A DNA stretch of 64,000 bases from Raja brachyura. Its lineage: Eukaryota. Location: the NCBI GenBank assembly GCA_963514005.1, contig OY740800.1, positions 2,604,001 through 2,668,000 on the forward strand. Reading direction: 5' to 3'. The position numbers and the translations under genes were made by a program. How positions within the stretch are numbered: the stretch's first letter is position 1; the number at the start of each line of letters is the position of its first letter. This document shows, one piece after another, positions 28,067-39,859 of the stretch. Under the pieces are notes generated by a model. The model was not told the origin of the DNA. It was given only the letters and a program-made list of their open reading frames with translations, and did not search any database.

Positions 28067-28395
28067 ATGTGGGGGTGGGGGAGGTGGGGGAACTGGCTGG
28101 GCTGGGGATTTGAAGAGCATGCCATTGCCATGAGGAGGGGTTGGCTGAAATTTGTGATGAGAAAAGCAGGTGGGAGGGGGTTTGGAAAAGGGGAGAGGCT
28201 CCCCGAAGATGCTGACCAGCAAGACCATTGGGTTGAAGGGATAGAGGGTTGGGTGTCCAGGCCACGTGGAGGCTGTCAGGAACCTGACGAGGAGGAGGTG
28301 GTATGAGTGTGGTTGCATTGCAGCGGATGGGCAAAATAATGAAAGATTAATCTGGGGTCTTATAAATTATAATGACGCATAGCTAAAATATATCT

Positions 28396-28626
28396 GTGTA
28401 GAAAAGAACTGCAGATGCTGGTTTAAATCGAATGTAGACACAAAATGCTGGAGTAACTCAGCGGGACAGGCAGCATCCCTGGAGAGAAGGAATGGGTCAC
28501 ATTTCAGGCCGGGACCCTTCTTCGGTCTGAAGTCTGAAGAACGGTCTCGACCCGAAACATCACCCATTCCTTCTCTCCAGAGAAGCTGCCTGGCCCGCTG
28601 AGTTACTCCAGCATTTTGTGTCTATC
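28396..28626. mobile_element. Penelope-derived fold-back repeat with hammerhead-like motif (28534-28561)
   Basis: About 90-nt inverted arms: tagacacaaaatgctggagtaactcagcggg... / ...cccgctgagttactccagcattttgtgtcta. Confidence 0.85.
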
Positions 28627-29013
28627 TAGAATGTATCTGCTAGTTTCCGATACTCAAAAGGATTGTAGCACGAGAATTGGTATCATCTGCGGGCGGGTGA
28701 GACCAAAATTAGGTCGGGTGCAAGAGTGAGCAGGAATAGTTGTTCCCATGTCCGTTGCACGCAAATGAAAAACAATTTTCAGTTGTACAATGCAAAAAAT
28801 AACAGCATGGTATGATTGAGTTAAGAAGGATTTATATTTTAGTAAAGGCATGTAATAGAGATAAATAAAACTTAATTTTGCCTGTAAGATGTGAACGGCA
28901 GGAATTATGAAAAGAGGCTCTTGCTGAAGTGAATAGATATACCAGGTAGAATTAGTTGTCTGTGGGTGTAGTCTGTGCTTTGTATCTTATGATTGGATGT
29001 ATATCTTGTACAG

Positions 29014-29167
29014 CAGCAGTTGGCAGCCCAGCAGATAGTCTTCCAACAGCAGCTACTCCAAATGCAACAAATCCAGCAGCAACAGCATTTGATGAACCTA
29101 CAACGTCAGGGACTCATTACCATCCAGCCTGGACAGCCGACCCTTTCAGTCCAATCTCTGCCACAAG
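29014..29167 (+). CDS. FOXP2: FOXP2 exon 6 ([51 protein letters not shown])
   Basis: tgtacag|CAGCAGTTG acceptor (tandem CAGs, start could shift by 3 or 6 nt), CAAG|gtacaa donor, phase 0-1. Confidence 0.93.
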
Positions 29168-29344
29168 GTACAAACAAAAGCATAAGAAGTCAAACAACAT
29201 CACATTTATTACAAGACTATTATTCATTGAATGTATAAAAAAGCATAGAAGTTAATTTTTAATTATTGAAACTGTAGCATGCAATGAATTTGCAGCAAAT
29301 TTGGCGCAATATTTAATATTTAAATACTATCAAAAAGTTTAAAA

Positions 29345-29652
29345 CAGGGCAGCGCAGTGGCGCAGCGGTGGAGTTGCTGCCTTGCCACACTGACAGCGCC
29401 AGAGAGCCGGCAACGGGTGCTGTCTGTACGGAGTTTGTACGTTCTCCCCGTGACCTGCGTGGGTTTTCGTTGAAATCTTTGATTTCCTCCCACACTCCAA
29501 AGACGTACAGGTTTGTAGGTTAATATGATTAGTATAAATTACAATTGTCCCTAGTGTGTGTAGGGTAGTGTTAATGTGCGGGGATGGCTGGCCGGTGCGG
29601 ACTCGGTTGCCCGTTTCCACGCTGTATCTCTCAACTAAAGTAAACTAAAACA
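29345..29652 (+). mobile_element. HE1-like tRNA-derived SINE, near full length
   Basis: Head gtggcgcagcggtggagttgctgcct, V-domain-like core tttcctcccacactccaaagacgtacagg, tail actaaagtaaactaaa. Confidence 0.88.
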
Positions 29653-30487
29653 AATATTCATAATGATATTTTATTCCTTTCCATTGTGACAGTTTGTGAC
29701 AATTTCTACAAGGAAACATTTCAATTTATCACAGAACTCCGATTAATGTTGTCCCAGTCACTATTCTTCCATTCATTAAACATGTTACTTCCAACTTTCA
29801 GGAGTCAGGAAATTATTTGATTAGCAAGAAAACTGACACCTGTACAAATTAATGCTCATTCAGCCAATGATTTGCCGACAATATAAAATAGCATATTAAA
29901 AGCGTACAGTGATCCATCAGAAAGAAATTGGTTCATTTTCTGATTTTATGTCCTGGCTAAAGAAAATTTTGAAAGAGAAAGCAAAATCAATAAATAGAAT
30001 TGGATGTGCAATAATACTGCAAGCAATTCAGTTACCAAACCAATTCCTTATGTTTGCCGAAGTGTAACATCCCACAGTACCAGCAGCTCTGTAGAAGTTG
30101 TGACCACCCCTGCTCTTGCACTGTTATTCCTCATAATCTTACATTTTTGAAATATGTAACATTTGGCAGAAAGCAATGATCAAATTGATTTGCATCACCA
30201 TTGTAGGGACATGCATGGGGACAATGTTCCGTTTCATAATTTGCTTTGCTTGGGACTTTGTCCATTTGATGCAGAACGTGTCAGATTTTTTATCATGAAG
30301 TTTGCATTGAATTGTTAACTAATCACACGCCCTTATTGAATAGCATTTACAATGTATAGTCAAGTGAATATTTATTTATGGTTTGTAAAAATATAAACTG
30401 GTAGAGGTTTGACAAATCAAAATTCATTTCATCACCATGGTCCTTATCCTTTCAGTTCTGAGATATATCTGTGCCATAATTTTCCAG

Positions 30488-30698
30488 GCTTAAGCCCTGC
30501 GGAGATTCAGCAGCTCTGGAAAGAAGTGACCGGGGTGCACAATATGGAAGACGGCATTTTGAAGCATGGCGGGCTGGATCTCTCTGCCAATAATTTGTCC
30601 TCTACTACCTCCACTACCACTTCCAAAGCATCGCCACCAATAACTCACCATTCATTAATGAACGGACAGACTTCAGTCCTCACCACAAGAAGAGACAG
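30488..30698 (+). CDS. FOXP2: FOXP2 exon 7 ([70 protein letters not shown])
   Basis: tttccag|GC acceptor, GACAG|gtaaca donor, 211 nt, phase 1-2. Confidence 0.96.
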
Positions 30699-30870
30699 GT
30701 AACATCATACCAGGCACAGCTTGTAAACACATTTACAGTCATGACCTGGTGTTCTTGAATGCTTGTATGTGTAACTGCTTTCCAGTCCATAATAATCTTT
30801 GACAAATCTTGCTTTTGCACATCCTATAAATTCCTCCTTGTTTTAAAAACAAATCTAACAAAAATTAACA

Positions 30871-31678
30871 ATTTAATGCTGATAAATGTGAGGTGCTACA
30901 CCTTGGCAGGACAAATCAAAATAGGACGTACATGGTAAACGGTAGGGAATTGAAGAATACAGTTGAACAGAGGGATCTGGGAATAACCGTGCATAGTTCC
31001 TTGAAGGTGGAATCTCATATAGATAGGGTGGTAAAGAAAGCTTTTGGTATGCTAGCCTTTATAAATCAGAGCATTGAGTATAGAAGCTGGGATGTAATGT
31101 TAAAATTGTACAAGGCATTGGTGAGACCAAATCTGGAGTATGGTGTACAATTTTGGTCGCCCAATTATAGGAAGGATGTCAACAAAATAGAGAGGGTACA
31201 GAGGCGATTTACTAGAATGTTGGCTGGGTTTCAACAGCTAAGTTACAGAGATAGGTTGAATAAGTTAGGTCTTTATTCTCTGGAGCGCAGAAGGATAAGG
31301 GGGGACTTAATAGAGGTCTTTAAAATGATGAGAGGGATAGACAGAGTTGATGTGGACAAACTTTTCCCTATGAGAGTAGGGAAGATTCAAACAAGAGGAC
31401 ATGACTTTAGAATTAAGGGACTGAGGTTTAGGGGTAACATGAGGGGGAACTTCTTTACTCAGAGAGTGGTAGCGGTGTGGAATGAGCTTCCAGTGGAAGT
31501 GGTGGCGGCAGGTTCGTTGGTATCATTTAAAAATAAATTGGATAGGCATATGGATGAGAAGGGTATGGAGGGTTATGGCATGAGTGCAGGCAGGTGGGAC
31601 TAAGGGAAAAAGGTTGTTCGGCACGGACTTGAAGGGCCGAGATGGCCTGTTTCCGTGCTGTAATTGTTATATGGTTAT
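30871..31678 (+). mobile_element. CR1-clade LINE 3' end with uninterrupted 236-aa ORF2 remnant (young copy)
   Basis: ORF 30893-31603: RDLGITVH, LYKALVRPNLEYGVQFWSP, LERRRIRGDLIEVFK. Confidence 0.95.
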
Positions 31679-31709
31679 CCAGATTACAATGTTCCCTCCC
31701 TGCCTATTT

Positions 31710-32190
31710 GTCCTAATGAAATTAAGAAACATTTCAATAATATTCTCAGAGCTTGTGGGAAGCCAGGGAGGAAACTATAGAGACATTTGCAGAGACAGTT
31801 TCATCATCTTCATCAAGTTCCTGAAGACTGGAGGGTGGCTAATGTTGCACTGGTACTTACATAAGAAGGGTAGCTAGGACAAGCCAGGGGACAGTAGGTC
31901 AGTAAGCCTGTTGTCAGTGGCGGGGAAGGGTAGAGGATTCTAAAGCTAGTGAGAGTGAGAGGAGAGAGATGTTTAAAGGAACCTCAAGGACAACTTTTTC
32001 TCTTTATTTGGAATGTGCTGAAGAGGAAGCTAAAGAAGCAGATATAATAATGACGTAAAATAAATTTGGACAGATCTTTGGAACGGTAGAGTTTCGAGGG
32101 CTATGGGTCAAACGCAGGCACATTTGCCTAGCCCAGTCTGCCAATTTGATGGATAAAATGGGCTGAAGGGCCTGTTTTCATTCTCTATGA
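31710..32190 (+). mobile_element. Older CR1 fragments
   Basis: cctgaagactggagggtggctaatgttg (PEDWRVANV) and 3' tail gggctgaagggcctgttt. Confidence 0.65.
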
Positions 32191-32574
32191 CTTGTTTTCC
32201 TTTATGGAATTAAATATTAACTGTTGGAGCAAATCCAAGAACAAGCACCAAGATTTTTCAAATACATTATGTCATCACAGAACATTTGAAAATGTTTATG
32301 AATTTGTTTGCACACCAATAGATCAACGACATCAATTGAATGGAAGCACATTTGTCACTTTTTTTATCAGGTGACCTGTATGAGCCCTACCATAGCTCCA
32401 TGGATCTGCTGTTTGCCGATAGTTCATTGCTTGGATATTTTCAGGATGTTGACAAGTGAAGAGAACTGACAAGCGTCTCATGAATGTAATGAGGAATATC
32501 AAAATATTTTAAATTAAGGTTATATCAAAACACTGGGACATAGAAAATAGAAAGGTACAACACAAAGGTACAAC

Positions 32575-32995
32575 ATCATTTTCCTGCCCATTCCCACACT
32601 GACCTTTCTGTCCTGGGCATCCTCCATTGTCAGAGTGAGACCAAACGCAAATTGGAAGAACAGCACCTCATATTTCGCTTGGGCAGCTTACAACCCAGCG
32701 GTATGAACATTGATCTCTCTGAATTCAAGTAACCCTTGCATCCCCTCTCTCTCCATCCCTCCTCCACCCAAGTCGTTGGACCAGTTTCAAAGTCATCTTG
32801 TTGAGTCTCATTGTCTATACCTCGTGCCCACAGCTAACAATGTCCTGTTTCCTTTATCATCGTCACTTTTTGGCATAGCTTACATTCAATTGTTCTATGT
32901 CTCGACCCAAATGTTACATCTTCATTTTCTCCAGAAATACTGTCTTGATCAGTCTGACCCACTGAGTTACTCCAGCTTTTTGTGTCTATCTTCTA
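32575..32995 (+). mobile_element. Penelope-like element 3' fragment
   Basis: cattgtcagagtgagacc...ttggaagaacagcacctcatatttcgcttggg, homologous to 37900-38235. Confidence 0.8.
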
Positions 32996-32999
32996 TAGG

Positions 33000-33310
33000 A
33001 AGGTACAACATAGGAACTTGCCTTTTGGCTCCCAAGGTCTCTGTGCAACATTTAGCTACCAGCGCATAATTCATATCCCTCCATTCCCTGTATATCCATG
33101 AGCTTATCTAAAAGTTTCTTAAATCCCACTATCATATCTGCTTCCACCACCACACCCGCAGTGTGTTTCACACATCTCCCTTAAACTTTCCCCCCTCACC
33201 TCAAAGGTCCGCCCTCTAATATTGATACTACCATCCAAGGACATAGATTCTTACTGTCTATGTCTCTGATCATTTTGTATACTTCTATCAGGTCTCCCCT
33301 CAACCTCCGG
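33000..33310 (-). mobile_element. CR1 3' fragment
   Basis: SRRLRGDLIEVYKMIR on minus strand. Confidence 0.8.
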
Positions 33311-33974
33311 CTAGTTAAATTATTTTCATTTTGTTTTACATTCTTTAATTCAGTATGTAAGTTTGTGAGGTAAAGTTTCATTGGAGAACTGCAGATTCTT
33401 CAGATATTTTCCAGTGCCTAATATGCATTGTTGCATTATGAGCTGTGATTCCTGAAAGGAACACACACCTTGAAATCCAATGACAAACTCAGTGCTGCTT
33501 TCAGCCTTTCTACTGCGGGTTATTGACAGACATAATGAAGCCTTGATGCACATCATGCCTTGCATCTATCAGCATGCAAACATTTTCACACACAACAAAT
33601 CAGAAAGGAAATAAACACTATTTTGAAGCTGGCATATTAAATATTTATAATGCACCAAACTCAAATGGAAATTGTGGCCATAAAATTAAAGTAGGAGGTG
33701 AAATGCAAATAGAGTGTTTTTAGATTTAGCATTTTGAACTACTTATCTGATGGAATTATAGATCATATGAGTTTGCTAACTAACAGTTATGGATCAGTAT
33801 ACCTTAAAATGCCATATAGATGTCACAGAAGATTGTGGAGGCCAAGTCAATGGATATTTTTAAGGCAGAGATAGATATATTCTTCATTAGTACGCGTGTC
33901 AGGGATTATGGGGAGAAGGCAGGAGAATGGGATGAAGAGGGAAAGATAAATCAGCCATGATTGAATGGTTGATT

Positions 33975-34930
33975 CAACCACCAACCCTGGCAGCGGGTTT
34001 CGGGCATTCACCACATACTGTGTAAAAAACTTGCCTCGCGTATCTATCCATCTATATACGTATAAAAGTCTCATTTTGTATGTGTGTCTGTCTGCATGTT
34101 TTGTATCTTCCTCAAAACGCTATGCGCTAGCACTTACAATCTTACACATTCTGACACATTTTTGACCTCCATGCCATAATCAAGTTAATTTAAGATTTGA
34201 TGCTATATTTCACGTTATTGATGATTGAAGCTTTAAAAAAGCCACATTTAATATGATTTTTACTGTTAAAATCCTTCCTGCCAGCATCCAACACACTTCA
34301 ATACAAAGTTGCAAGACAGGAACACTCTGAACTTTTCACCTCAATGGGATATCACAGCAAGTGCTTCAACAGGAGGGGGAGGGCAAATTGGTATTGCCAT
34401 TGGAACTACTGCAGCAGGCAGGGGAAGTACAATTGGAATTTTGTTTTAGTCCACTGCTGAGGGAGGCAGGGGAGTCAGTGCTGGGGGAGGCAGGGGAGTG
34501 CCGGAATCTTATGTTCGGCAACGGGTTGAATTGGGGGACCACGCTTCCTGTGGGTGCTAGGGGTTAGTGGTGGAATATTGCGTTGGGGAACGGGTTGCAT
34601 TGGGGGACCAGGCCTCCCGTGTGACAGGGACCCAACGGGTCTCAGTTGGTCTAGTCTCCTTTAAAATGTACCCCTTTCACCTTAAATCAATGTCCTCCAG
34701 TATTTGTTTTTTCCATCATGAGAAAACGATTATGACTGTCTCATAATTTTACATGGTTTTATTTGGTCTCCCTGCAACATTTGGTGTTCCAGAGAAATCA
34801 ATCCACTTCTGCCCAACCTTTCCCTGTAGCTAACACCCCAGAATCGAGGCATCATACTTGTAAACCTCTGCTGCACCCATACCTAAGACTCCACATCCTT
34901 CCTGTAATCAGGCAACCAGAACTGCACGTA
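33975..34930 (-). mobile_element. CR1 fragment split by Helitron-like insertion
   Basis: aaaaacttgcctcgcgta|tctcctttaaa rejoins into continuous CR1 sequence when 34043-34654 is removed. Confidence 0.75.
34043..34654 (+). mobile_element. Non-autonomous Helitron-like element, copy 2
   Basis: A|TC start, subterminal hairpin gggaccc-aac-gggtctc, CTAG|T end, no TSD. Confidence 0.78.
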
Positions 34931-35124
34931 AGTTGAGAATTTGGGATGATTCCATAGAAACATAGAAAATAGGTGCAGGAGTAGACCATTTGGCCCTTCG
35001 AGCCAGCACCGCCATCCAATATGATCATGGCTGATCATTCATAATCAGTTCCAGCTTTTTCCCCATATCCCTTGATTCCCTTAGCCCTAAGAGCTAACTC
35101 AAACTCTCTCTTGAATATTCCATC

Positions 35125-35910
35125 AATGATATCGTCGAGTGCGTTTAATTATCATTTGTACTGGGAAGGGATGAATGAAATTCTTTCTTGCTGCAACTTT
35201 ACAGGCACATTAATGCAATAACATAACAAATAATACAATAACTTACCGGGATGCAAACAATGGTATGAATGCCTAAGAATGCAAAGCCGAAATACATAGC
35301 GCAAGCATACTAAAGTCCACAGTAGATCATTGCTGAGGTAATGTTGTGGTTAGGGTTGTGTAGTGTGATTCAATGCTGTTCTTGAATCTATAGGACATGG
35401 TTCTCAGAGCGTGGCCAGGGTGGAGAGGGTCTTTGATGATATTCATTGCCTTTTGGAGGCTGTGCTTTCTGTAGGTCTTTTCAATGGTGGGGACGTCAAT
35501 ACTAGTGCTAGACAGGGCAATGCTTATCACTTTCTGAAACCTCCTTTGTTCCTGGGTATTCAGATTATAGAATCAAGCCGTGATGCATCCAGTCAATATG
35601 CTCTCTATCATACACCTCGAAGGATGTAGTGGCTTTAATCAGCTTTGTTTGCCATTTCATAAATATGCCAAGCCCAGGACGTAAAGCTGTAGTCATCTTC
35701 TCATCAATGAAGACAGATTAATTGCTTCCTCGGTGTTCCCTTCCTATAGTAACAATCAGCTGCTTGCCAACATAGAGAGTAAGCTTGTAGTTTCTGGCAC
35801 CAGTTAATCATGTTCTCAAACTTCCTCCTGTACCCCGACTCAACATGCAACATTCCTAATGGCAAGAACACTCAACAACAAGTGTTTCGTCTGCAAATTT
35901 AAAGATGGCA
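35125..35910 (-). mobile_element. Degraded Rex1-like LINE fragment
   Basis: Remnant KAMNIIKDPLHPGHAL...RFKNS on minus strand. Confidence 0.65.
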
Positions 35911-36049
35911 TGGTGGTTAATGTGGGAGGTTGTTTCCCAGCTCAGGAAATGTCTTCATTTATTGCAGCTTTTTCCATAGCAATACATTATCTTCCAAACT
36001 AATAAGATCACCACCGCACCATCTAGTACAAACCTACTGACTCCCATAG

Positions 36050-37083
36050 TAGCAATGTTACAAAATTTTGAGATTTTAAAAATCAAGTCTGCAATTTACC
36101 CCATCAGATAAAGCATAAAAAGAAGTTTAATTTGACACCTAATTCACTTTCATATCTTCAGTATTAAGAAAGTTATGACCGTTTTCATACTCGGAAATTA
36201 GCATCTTGTTCCCCATTGCCTTTCAATTGACTTAACTCAAAAGCTGTGATCTAGAATAGTCAAAAGTCCATAACTTTCTTAAAAATTAAGAGAACTCAAT
36301 GAAATTTTCAGTTATTATAGATTGAAGCATTCTGAAACAAATATGAAACAATCTTACTTGGATGACCTGAAATTAAAGCATATAATTAGTTAGTTATCTA
36401 ATTGTAGCTAATTACAAAATTCAATGAGTAGATCTAAACATCTATCCATTTCTTAAGAAAAGATAAACTTTTTTTAAATTGCCTAAGTGTCCCAATAACA
36501 TTCACACAATAATCCACAATATAACATAATTTTTAAATCTCATTTTCATGAATTTCTGGGCCAAATGGAAGGAATTTAGTGTTTAATGCCTGTAAATTAA
36601 TGGCCATTTAAATCAACTAGCGAGTGGGTTTTAGTGGAATGCGGTGGATTGGAACGTTGCGGTTAGCGGTGAAGTCGGGAGGAAAAATACTGTTTGTTCA
36701 TACATTTTTTTGGACCCCATTTCGCAACATGAAAATGTGATTAAAGCCTCCCTAAAAACCAACTTTTAATATAAAAATAAACTTTGTACCTTTTTTTCTC
36801 CCCTACGCAAAATTCTTCCCGTTGTCGGCGCTCACGGCTTTTGAAGGTGATTTTTAAATTACTCTAGTTAATAAATAATCTAGAGTAGTTTAAAAATACC
36901 TTCACGAATGAAATGTCGGAGTGATTTTTCTTCCGCAACGAAATCGCCCGACATGGATCGATTTGCCCTGTTTGTGGAAAAACGGCATTTTAAGCCCGCC
37001 CCCCTCTGAAAGGCGCCAAAGTCACGCACACGGTGAGTGGCAGAACTGCAGCGCTGCTCAAGGTAAGTTTTGTAACATACCTA
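36050..37083. mobile_element. Non-autonomous TIR DNA transposon (about 1.03 kb) inserted in a Penelope-like element
   Basis: Imperfect TIRs tagcaatgttacaaaa / ttttgtaacataccta; flanking duplication cccatag. Confidence 0.8.
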
Positions 37084-37088
37084 CCCAT

Positions 37089-37175
37089 GAAGGGTCTCGA
37101 CCCGAAACGTCGCCTATCTCCTTCGCTCGTTAGATGCTGCTGCACTCGCTGAGTTTCTCCAGCTTTTTGTGTAAC
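37089..37175 (+). mobile_element. Short Penelope-derived insert with partial hammerhead motif
   Basis: gaagggtctcgacccgaaacgtc...; flanked by cctacccat at 37080-37088 and 37176-37184. Confidence 0.75.
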
Positions 37176-37179
37176 CCTA

Positions 37180-38235
37180 CCCATAGCTATCTTGACTACA
37201 TTTCTTCCCATCCTGCTTCCTGTAAAGACTCTATGCCCTACTCCCAATTCCTCAATCTACACTGCATCTGCGCCCAGGATGAGGTGTCCCATACCAGGGC
37301 TTCGGAGATGTATTCATTCTTTATGGAACAGGGTTTCCCCACTTCCATTCTAGATGAGGCTCTCACTAGGCTCTCCTCAATATCCTGCAGCTCTGCTCTT
37401 GCTTCCCCTCCCCCGTTTGTAACAAGGACAGAGTCCCCCTTGTCCTCACCTTCCACCCCATCAGCCATATAATTCCTCCAACATTTTCGCCACCTCCAAC
37501 GGGATCCCACTACTGGCCACATCTTCCCATCTCCTCCCCTTTCTGCTTTCCGCAGAGACCGTTCTGTCCAAAACACCCTGGTCAACTCGTCCATTTCCTA
37601 CCCAAACTACTTCCCAGGCACTTTCCCCTGCAACCGCAGGAGATGCAACACCTGTCCCTTTACCTCCCCGCTCCACGCCATCCAGGGGCCAAAACAGTTT
37701 ATCCAGGTGATGCAGAGGTTCACTTGCACCTCCTCCAACCTCATCTACTGTATCCACTATTCCAGGTGTCAACGTCTGTACATTGGCGAGACCAAGCGCA
37801 GGCTCGGCGATCGTTTCGCTGAACACCTTCGCTCAGTTCGTCTTAACCTACCTGATCTTCTGGTGGCTCAGCCTCCCATTCCCAATCTGACCTGGGTCTC
37901 CCCCATTGTCAGAGTGAGACCCAGTGCAAATTGGAGGAACAGCTCATATTTTGCTTGGGTAGTTTACACCCCAGCGATATGACCATTGACTTCTCTAACT
38001 TTCGACAGCCGTTGCTTTCTCTCTCCATACCCTCCCCCTTCCCAGTGCTCCCAGCAGTCTTACTGCTTTGCCTACATTCGATCTTTGTCCCTCCCCTGAC
38101 ATCAGTCTGAAGAAGGGTCTCAACCTGAAACATCGGCAATTCCTTCTGTCCATAGATGCTGCCTCACCTGCTGAGTAACTCCAGCATTTTGTGTCTACCT
38201 TCGATTTTACCAGCATCTGCAGTTCTTTCTTAAAC
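37180..38235 (+). mobile_element. Penelope-like element (RT C-terminal region, GIY-YIG endonuclease, 3' repeat with hammerhead motif); its upstream piece is at about 36015-36049
   Basis: KPTDSH|SYLDYISSHPASCKDSMPYSQF; FTCTSSNLIYCIHYSRCQRLYIGETKRRLGDRFAEH. Confidence 0.9.
38107..38134 (+). ncRNA. Minimal type I hammerhead ribozyme-like motif in PLE 3' repeat
   Basis: CUGAAGA-A-GGGU(CUCA)ACCU-GAAA-CAUC. Confidence 0.55.
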
Positions 38236-38789
38236 ATGCACAAAATCTGCCTGCCATGCAGTTCCTCTACTGGGGAACACTTATCTTTGGATGCAGTGAT
38301 GTACCACAGTACTTGAAGGTTCTTTCATTGACGTTCACCAGTCCATTTGGGGAAGGGAGGAGGTTAATTGAAAGTAGTCCTGACCTGAAACATCACCAGT
38401 CCAGATTCTCCAGGGATACTGCCTGACTCACGGAGTTACTCCAACACTTTGTGTCTTTTCAAGGGTAAGAGAAATCTAGTTCCAGTGTCCATAGTCAGAG
38501 TATGATGTAACAGCATTTATACACCAATATAAATCCTTTGCTGCTTCTCGAGCCTTTGAAGAGGAGGTATTTTTTCCAAGGCGCATAAAAGGTTTTTCAT
38601 TACACATGGGTGAAAGTAAAATCTAAGTCTTTGCAACCTGTCTTGGCTCAACGAGTAAGCCTGATTCTGGTAACCTACATACAGATATATGGAGGATATT
38701 GATATTAATTGTTTCACAAATCCAAGTTGCTCACAGTTTTAAATAGTTTGAAACATTTCTGGTGTTTCTATGTATAAATGAGGTGTCAT

Positions 38790-39160
38790 CTATGGCTTAG
38801 TGTTAGTATTCTTGCCATGAAGGATGTTGTATGTTCAAGCTGTAACATGCAAATCTTAGGGTGCAGAACCTAGCTGACTCTTCTGTAATACTGAGGGAAT
38901 GTTGCTCCTTTGGAAAGAATGTCTATCCTAAGCACCTCTGCCCTCTGAAGTGGATGTTAAAGATCCCAGTATATCCACCACAGGAGACAAAAGTGTCCTG
39001 ACCATAATGACAGATGGCCATTATGTAGCTAATAGTCATTTGTAGTAAATTGAATTACTACATGCTGGTTAGAGCAATTCATACATTACACTGTAGTTGC
39101 ATTCATACACAATTGTTTATAAACCACTGGAAAGATCTTTGATTGTGAAAAGTAAAATAT
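38790..39160 (+). mobile_element. Old Deu-domain SINE (SacSINE1-like)
   Basis: tRNA-like head then atactgagggaatgttgc...tctgccctctgaagtggatgttaaagatccca...gtgtcctgacca, resembling recalled DeuSINE core. Confidence 0.55.
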
Positions 39161-39596
39161 AAATCTTCTGGCCTTTTTTTGCTACAGTGTCTAAGCTTAC
39201 GTGTATCTGAAATTACAGTCCAAGAAATAGATTCCTTTTACAGTTGGCATTTCTTGGATTGAAACAGTATCTATGATCCTTCAGCAAAGGATTTCACACA
39301 AAATACATAAACAAATCATTCATCAGCTTCTTTTCAGCTCAAATAATCTGCATATATGGAGTAAACTTGAAGGAACAAGACTCTCAAGCTAACTCTCAAC
39401 CAGAACGTTCTTTTGACAAATAACATTTATATTAATATAGGAACCAATCACTATTGAATGACAACCCCCTTCAATGACAACAGATTTCTGATGGAATCAG
39501 AAGTCATCACATTCTTCTCCTGCACACTAAACAGCAGATATCAATGATCTCTCCTTCCCAATTCAGGTCACTTCCACTGAACAAATCTCAAACATC

Positions 39597-39810
39597 AGAT
39601 AGACACAAAATGTTGGAGTAACTCAGCGGGACAGGCAGCATCTCTGAAGAGAAGGAATGAGTGACGTTTCGTATCAAGATCCATCTTCAGTCTGATATTT
39701 GAGCAGTCTGATTAGAGCCTTCTCTCCAGAGATGCGGCCTGACCCACTGAGTTACTCCAGCATTTTGGGTCTATCTTCAGTTTAAACCAGCATCTGCATT
39801 TCCTTCCTAA
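39597..39810. mobile_element. Penelope-derived fold-back repeat
   Basis: Inverted arms agatagacacaaaatgttggagtaactcag / ctgagttactccagcattttgggtctatct; flanking tcaaacatca duplication. Confidence 0.82.
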
Positions 39811-39859
39811 ATTTCAAACATCATTGGGAGTTCATCATTACCGCTGAAGCCACCACCCC

